This document shows, piece by piece, positions 58,737 through 64,000 of a stretch of DNA of 64,000 nt. Position 1 is the first letter of the stretch. Each line of letters begins with the position of its first letter. This DNA is from Promethearchaeota archaeon (lineage in GTDB: Archaea; Asgardarchaeota; Lokiarchaeia; Sigyniarchaeales; SOKP01): positions 32,001 through 96,000 of the forward strand of contig JAHPZJ010000030.1 in assembly GCA_019058245.1 (NCBI GenBank), given 5' to 3'. Both the position numbers and the translations under genes were made by a program. The notes below the pieces were generated by a model, which saw only the letters and a list, made by a program, of their open reading frames with translations, searched no databases and had not been told where the DNA came from.

Positions 58737-59368
58737 TTTTCAAAATCTAAAGTATATCTTTCAATTATAAATTTAAATATAATACTTATCAATTTTTCAA
58801 AGTTTTTAATTTTTGTTTTAAATTTTACAAAATAATGAATCCTATTAATAAAGATTATTATTTTTATTAATAATATCAATGATTATTAAACAAATTTAAT
58901 ACAAATTGTTTACATAAAGGTTTTGCATAGTTGTTTTACTCAATAGGGCTAAAATCAGTAGCCTCTATCGAATGAGTTTTCAAATAATTCCCAGCTACTT
59001 TCCTATTCTGAAAAATATCCTTAATCTATTACGCATGAATTTTCAGCTCTAGTATCCTCCTCGTCAGATGAAAATCTTTTTTTAATTGTAAGTGTGGTTT
59101 TCAGTAAATATTAGAGTCGTTCCATTCTAATTTTAAAAAAGGTTCTTTCTTCTGATCTAACCATTTTTTTTTAATCTATTAATGTCACTCAGTCATCCTT
59201 AAGTCTTAAACAATAAGATTAGCTTGATTTATACTAATTTAACCCTTTAATCTCTTTCCTCATGAAATACACAAATTTTTTTAAAATTCTTTAATAATTT
59301 TTAATAAAGTAAATAAAAGCAATTATAATACAATTTAAAAAAAAATACAACTTTAAGGTATAATCAAA

Positions 59369-60280
59369 ATGGAGATTAATGGTGTAGAGATTGAAAATAC
59401 CTATTGTGAAGCGTTTGGAACGGTATTTACTCGAGTTTTAGTGACCGCAAAGAATAAGAAATGGGCTACAATAGCTGCAAAGGAAGTAACTGGTTATGGG
59501 ACATCAACAATTGGTTGCGATGCTGAAGCAGGAATTGATATGTTTGTATCTGCAGAAAATACACCAGATAAACGTCCAGGCGTAATACTAATGTTTTTTA
59601 AAAACAAAAAGGATGAGATGAGTATGGTTTTAACTCATCGAATTGGGGAATGTATTTTAACCTGCCCTACAACTTCATGTTTTGATGCTCTAAATGAATC
59701 CCTTGATGCAACTAAGGAATTTGAAATTAAATCTGGTAATAATTTAAAATTCTTTGGAGATGGATTCCAAGAAATGCTTGAGGGTGTTTATCCATTTGAG
59801 GCATTTAAAATTCCTGTTATGAGCGGTGAATTTATTGTTCAAAGCTCTTTTAAAGTGGGAAAAGGAATAGCTGGTGGAAATTTTTTAATTATCGGCAAAG
59901 ATCAAGATTCTACATTAGAAGCTGCAGAAAAAGCAATTGATGCAATTAATGCTGTTCCTAATGTAATTACGCCTTTCCCAGGTGGTATTGTACGATCTGG
60001 ATCAAAAGTTGGATCCAAGTATAAATTCATGCGAGCTTCTACGAATGAAAAATATTGTCCAACTTTGAAAACAAAAATTGAAGATTCACAATTAAAAGAT
60101 GAAGATAACTGTGTTTATGAGATTATTCTTGATGGTGCTACAGAACTGGCAATTAAAAGCGCTTTAAAATTGGGAATTGAAGCAGCAGTCACAGTTCCAG
60201 GGATAAATCGTATATCTGCAGGTAATTATGGAGGAAATCTTGGCAAATTTCAATATAATCTTTTTGACATTTTAGGTTAG
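59369..60280 (+). CDS. ftr: Formylmethanofuran:H4MPT formyltransferase
   Basis: IENTYCEAF, TPDKRPG, LTCPTT, GIAGGNF, RSGSKVGS, SAGNYGG. Confidence 0.96.
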   Translation: MEINGVEIENTYCEAFGTVFTRVLVTAKNKKWATIAAKEVTGYGTSTIGCDAEAGIDMFVSAENTPDKRPGVILMFFKNKKDEMSMVLTHRIGECILTCPTTSCFDALNESLDATKEFEIKSGNNLKFFGDGFQEMLEGVYPFEAFKIPVMSGEFIVQSSFKVGKGIAGGNFLIIGKDQDSTLEAAEKAIDAINAVPNVITPFPGGIVRSGSKVGSKYKFMRASTNEKYCPTLKTKIEDSQLKDEDNCVYEIILDGATELAIKSALKLGIEAAVTVPGINRISAGNYGGNLGKFQYNLFDILG

Positions 60281-60328
60281 ATAAAGATATAAAAAATCAA
60301 AAAATGAGTTTGAAATTATATACTTAAA

Positions 60329-62056
60329 TTATAATTTTCTTTTTATTTTTCGTGTAGAAACTCCATCTTGCTCTTCTTCTTTTTCATCCTTTGTTTCTAT
60401 TATTTCCTCATTCTTGGATTTCTCATCAATAGTTTCGACTTTTACCTTTTTCTTTTTAATTGATTTTTTAGATGGAATTGTCTTTTTATCGGCAGATATA
60501 GGTTGACGTCCAATAAATTTCGATTTATAATATAGAACTATTATCCCAATACCAACTAATACTCCAATACTTATTCCACTAAAAAACACGATCCATGGTA
60601 TATAATTACTTAAAATATCTGGAACAATTCTTATCTCTTGAGGAGCAATATTATAATCATCAATAAGACTTGTTACTGCTCCATCAGTATCTATCACAAA
60701 TATATACACCACCCATATTCCGCTAATTAAATCTTGAGTCCTGATGGTAATTTCAGTATCTTCTCCTATATACTCTCGCGTTATATTGAACCATTCATCA
60801 TAATCATTTAGAAGGGCAACTTTTACAGCCGAAACACCTTTCTCATCTGATACATTAAAAGTAAATACAAAATCACCACCATAAAATACAGAAATGCTCT
60901 CGTTCATAGACAATCCATTAATTTTATAACTATGTATTTTAGGAGGCATATTTTTAACCTCTAAATAAGCGTCTTTCGAATCAATTCCACCAGCATCATC
61001 TTCGACAGTGACAACGACTCTAAACCTTCCAATTGGATTGTTAGCAGAAGGCGCATAAGAGTATGTAAAAAGATCATTCCCCATATAGTCCATAAAATTA
61101 CTAGCAACAAGATTCCCTTCAGAACTGTAGAGATCTGTATAAACAGCGAGATCATCAGCAGCAGTTTCTAAATCCGTTATATTTGCTGAAATTTCAAACC
61201 TCTCTGTTCTAAAAATTTCCTGGGGAGAGAGAGAAATCTCGGAAGTAATAATTGGATCAGAATTTTTAACGTAGAATGGAAAATAAGCTGCTGCCTTTTT
61301 ATTATTGAGTTCATCAGTCATATTTATTTTTAAATAATACATTTTATTTATTTGTTGGAAAGTCTCATTATCAATTAGAAGGGTGAAATAATAGACATTA
61401 CTTTGAAGATTTAATAAGTTATTTTGCGTAGCTTCATCCATACTATCAACAATTGTAAGATCCCATTGAAAATTATAAGTCTTTCCGTTGTCACTGTCGA
61501 AAGTATCTACATTCACTTCAGCTGCTAATGTTTTGTTAATAAAATATTCAGTACTAGAATCCCCATCTAATGAAAGGCTCGCATCGTAATTTGAATCTAG
61601 TTTGAAGTTTGTATAGGTTGTGTGATCATTCAATAGAACATTAGTATTATTATATATTAAAAAACTGACGTTATAAATTCCAAGCAGATTATTATATTTT
61701 GGTTTGAATTCATATGTAAAATTGCCATTACCCATAGAAGTCATATTATAATTTATAATAGTACTATTGGGAAATTTTATCTCCATAAGTACATAATTAG
61801 CATAAGGAAAATTGCTTGTTGTATTAATTGTAAAATTTACAGATTCAAACAATCGATATATTTTAGTGGCATTTTGAAATATGTCAGAATAATTTAAGGG
61901 GATTGTTGAGAGTTTAGGGGCAAGAGGTCTTTCTGTTTCATAAATTTCTTTACTAATTGGTTGATGTTTATTTATAGAAAAAAAATTTGAACATGAATTA
62001 ATTCCAAGAAATAAAATTGAAAAAAGGATTATGATTTGGTATCGTTTCTTTATCAT
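60329..62056 (-). CDS. Secreted, C-terminally anchored Ig-like repeat glycoprotein
   Basis: Signal peptide, beta-rich repeats with many NxS/T sequons, C-terminal TM and Lys-rich tail. Confidence 0.7.
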   Translation of the reverse strand: MIKKRYQIIILFSILFLGINSCSNFFSINKHQPISKEIYETERPLAPKLSTIPLNYSDIFQNATKIYRLFESVNFTINTTSNFPYANYVLMEIKFPNSTIINYNMTSMGNGNFTYEFKPKYNNLLGIYNVSFLIYNNTNVLLNDHTTYTNFKLDSNYDASLSLDGDSSTEYFINKTLAAEVNVDTFDSDNGKTYNFQWDLTIVDSMDEATQNNLLNLQSNVYYFTLLIDNETFQQINKMYYLKINMTDELNNKKAAAYFPFYVKNSDPIITSEISLSPQEIFRTERFEISANITDLETAADDLAVYTDLYSSEGNLVASNFMDYMGNDLFTYSYAPSANNPIGRFRVVVTVEDDAGGIDSKDAYLEVKNMPPKIHSYKINGLSMNESISVFYGGDFVFTFNVSDEKGVSAVKVALLNDYDEWFNITREYIGEDTEITIRTQDLISGIWVVYIFVIDTDGAVTSLIDDYNIAPQEIRIVPDILSNYIPWIVFFSGISIGVLVGIGIIVLYYKSKFIGRQPISADKKTIPSKKSIKKKKVKVETIDEKSKNEEIIETKDEKEEEQDGVSTRKIKRKL

Positions 62057-62063
62057 TAGGATC

Positions 62064-64000
62064 TCATCTTGTTAATTTCTTATGTTTTATTTCTCTATTT
62101 TTAAAAAATAAAATTAATCCTATGGGGATTATAATTGGTAAGACATAGAATAGAACTAAATTCAAAGCAGTGAGTTCTAAGTTAGTTTCAAAACTAAATC
62201 TTTCAATTTCATTATTAGAACTATCTTTTAACACAAATTTAAAGTTTTTAGTCCCAAATTCATAAGGATTTATAGTAGGGTTTACTTTTGCTACAATTCT
62301 ATTTTCTCCAGAATCTAATTCATCTAAATTAGTTGATATAGACTTCCCATTTAAATATAAAGAAAAATTTTCTGAATTTTCTTGGTTATTCTTAATTATT
62401 AATATTAAATAAGCTGGTTTACCTTGAGGTACTTCATCTGGAAAATTAACACTGATTAATTCAAATTTAGGGAGGATATTTACTTCAAATAACTCAGAAT
62501 AATATTCTGTGTTATATATTGAAATACTCATTCTAATACTAATTGTTTCTCTATTTATATTATCTAATGATTTTAAATAGTAAGAAACAGTCTTTATTTC
62601 ATTTTCCATAAGTACTTCCTCTTGAATAAAATCCTCAATATAACCCTCTTCACTTCCACTGAAGCTTACATTACAAGTTTGAGCTATATCAGGAAGAAAA
62701 TTCTTTAAAACCATTGATACCCTTATAGAATCGCCACTAACAATTTCACCTTGATATAATAAGTTACTATACTCAAAAGGATATCCAATTTCTATTGATT
62801 TTTTTATCTCTAAGTATATTACATTACCACTCTTAATTCTAAAATATATATCGGTATCTCCTGGAGTAGCACCTGATTTAGCAGCAAGATTAAAATCTAT
62901 TCGTTTTTCTTCAAAAGCAATAAAATCTATTTGTTGAGGAGGGTATACAATTAATTGGTCTCCCTCTAAGGAGGCTGTTAAATTTAAATTATTACTACGA
63001 GTATAATTTATGAATAAAGACACATTTATTACTGTTCCTTGAATTAAATTACTCACTAATCCCTCAATTGATAAATCATTTACTCCAGATATCACATTAA
63101 ATCGTTTTAAAGATGATGTTAATTTAAAGTAAGATGTATTAGCCCATATATATAAGTAATATCCATCTGTTATAGGGAAAGTATCTAGAATCGGATAAGT
63201 AAAAGAAAATGATGCTGTACCGTTAGTTAAGTTATTAAATTGGTTGAGTAAAACTTCATTTTGATCCTTAAAAATATGATTAATAGTATAATTAGTTATG
63301 TTATATTGTACTGTAAAAGGCAAATATTCTTTATTACTTGTATTATAATATTTTCTATTTATCTTAAAAGAATAAGTTGTTGTTAAATTCATTACATCTT
63401 GATTAAAAATAAAATCTGGTACATCTCCCGATTCATTGTAATTGCATTCCAAGGCTGTACTATTATAAATATTAAAAGCATCTAAATAAGCTTTACATAA
63501 TTTTATATTTGCATTGAATGATTTATCACTATCAGTTAAAGAATAATTATATGCATGGTTAATTTTATCATAAAGGTTAGATTCTATGGATTTGGACATA
63601 TTCACAGCTCTATCATAGTATGTTACATTTCCTGTAACTTCAAATAATTTCAAACATGCTCTCATCATCATGGCATTGCTATCAAGATTTATGTTTTTTT
63701 CTATATTATTCCAACTTTGGTCACATGAATTATTATAAAGTTTACTCTCAGTATCATATAGGTTTTTATCTAAGCTATTGTATAACTGTTTAGCCATAGT
63801 AAGATAATTAGAATCATTTTGCATTCCTGATGCGATCCAAAATTCTAATAATGTAATTATACCTAAAGCATTCGTGCTTAAGTGGTAATACGTTGACGTT
63901 GCTCCGACACTGTTCCATAGTATATTTGCATCATAGTAAAAAGCATGCTGACTACCATCCCACATCTTAGTATCAATTTTGTTCATAGTTAGATTTGCGA
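62064..64000 (-). CDS. Membrane-anchored surface protein with (alpha/alpha)6 glycosidase-like (GH76/AGE-like) region and Ig-like domains (5'-partial)
   Basis: Repeats like LKLFEVTGNVTYYDRA...LYD; C-terminal TM; frame stays open past 63986 to the window end. Confidence 0.6.
   Translation of the reverse strand, partial: ANLTMNKIDTKMWDGSQHAFYYDANILWNSVGATSTYYHLSTNALGIITLLEFWIASGMQNDSNYLTMAKQLYNSLDKNLYDTESKLYNNSCDQSWNNIEKNINLDSNAMMMRACLKLFEVTGNVTYYDRAVNMSKSIESNLYDKINHAYNYSLTDSDKSFNANIKLCKAYLDAFNIYNSTALECNYNESGDVPDFIFNQDVMNLTTTYSFKINRKYYNTSNKEYLPFTVQYNITNYTINHIFKDQNEVLLNQFNNLTNGTASFSFTYPILDTFPITDGYYLYIWANTSYFKLTSSLKRFNVISGVNDLSIEGLVSNLIQGTVINVSLFINYTRSNNLNLTASLEGDQLIVYPPQQIDFIAFEEKRIDFNLAAKSGATPGDTDIYFRIKSGNVIYLEIKKSIEIGYPFEYSNLLYQGEIVSGDSIRVSMVLKNFLPDIAQTCNVSFSGSEEGYIEDFIQEEVLMENEIKTVSYYLKSLDNINRETISIRMSISIYNTEYYSELFEVNILPKFELISVNFPDEVPQGKPAYLILIIKNNQENSENFSLYLNGKSISTNLDELDSGENRIVAKVNPTINPYEFGTKNFKFVLKDSSNNEIERFSFETNLELTALNLVLFYVLPIIIPIGLILFFKNREIKHKKLTR

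Noticed and set aside
58884-58901. TATTAAA-N4-TTTAATA inverted repeat upstream of mtd (and a similar A/T-rich one at ~3949-3964)
   Set aside because: Almost pure A/T arms are expected by chance at this composition.
10189-61155. Short track ORFs nested in or antisense to confident genes (e.g. 10189-10371, 12132-12377, 13385-13657, 19457-19762, 20072-20419, 26248-26436, 41224-41472, 43378-43635, 58405-58770, 60961-61155)
   Set aside because: They overlap well-supported CDSs and have shadow-frame composition.
1-64000. tRNA/rRNA genes, CRISPR arrays, transposases, integrases or proviral genes
   Set aside because: No GC-rich structured RNA islands, regularly spaced repeats or mobile-element motifs seen by eye; a tRNAscan/Infernal run would be needed to exclude small RNAs.

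Overview
Very AT-rich archaeal chromosomal DNA, most likely from an Asgard archaeon of the Lokiarchaeia type. This is inferred from two Rab-like GTPases, a RagA-like GTPase, roadblock and longin-like proteins, a Snf7-type ESCRT-III, a eukaryote-like presenilin, rpl21e/rpl35ae and H4MPT C1 enzymes. Housekeeping content includes the pus10-rpl21e-rpoF-DUF655-rsmA-hemK cluster, XPD, RecJ/Cdc45-like, NurA, beta-CASP RNase, the gcvT-H-PA-PB operon, a purine/MTA salvage cluster, mch/mtd/ftr, glycogen synthase, GH57 and three tandem MFS paralogs. I saw no rRNA, tRNA, CRISPR array or mobile element. Main signals the ORF track misses or does not explain: (1) a 174-codon peroxiredoxin-like gene whose CxxC is encoded as TGA-x-x-TGA (UxxU), followed by a eukaryote-type SECIS-like hairpin; (2) three conserved genes (rpl21e, XPD, HemK2) with no ATG/GTG/TTG ahead of conserved motifs, apparently starting at ATA behind a Shine-Dalgarno motif; (3) a tandem array of at least four 184-aa H-NOX/V4R-like proteins with shared promoter motifs and periodic leaders; (4) a Zn-finger/PH/QN-rich protein ending in a Vps23-like steadiness box, 1.8 kb from a solitary ESCRT-III gene; (5) a nucleoside/nucleotide kinase with a C-terminal PIP box. 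All family calls come from motif recognition by eye; no database searches were run.
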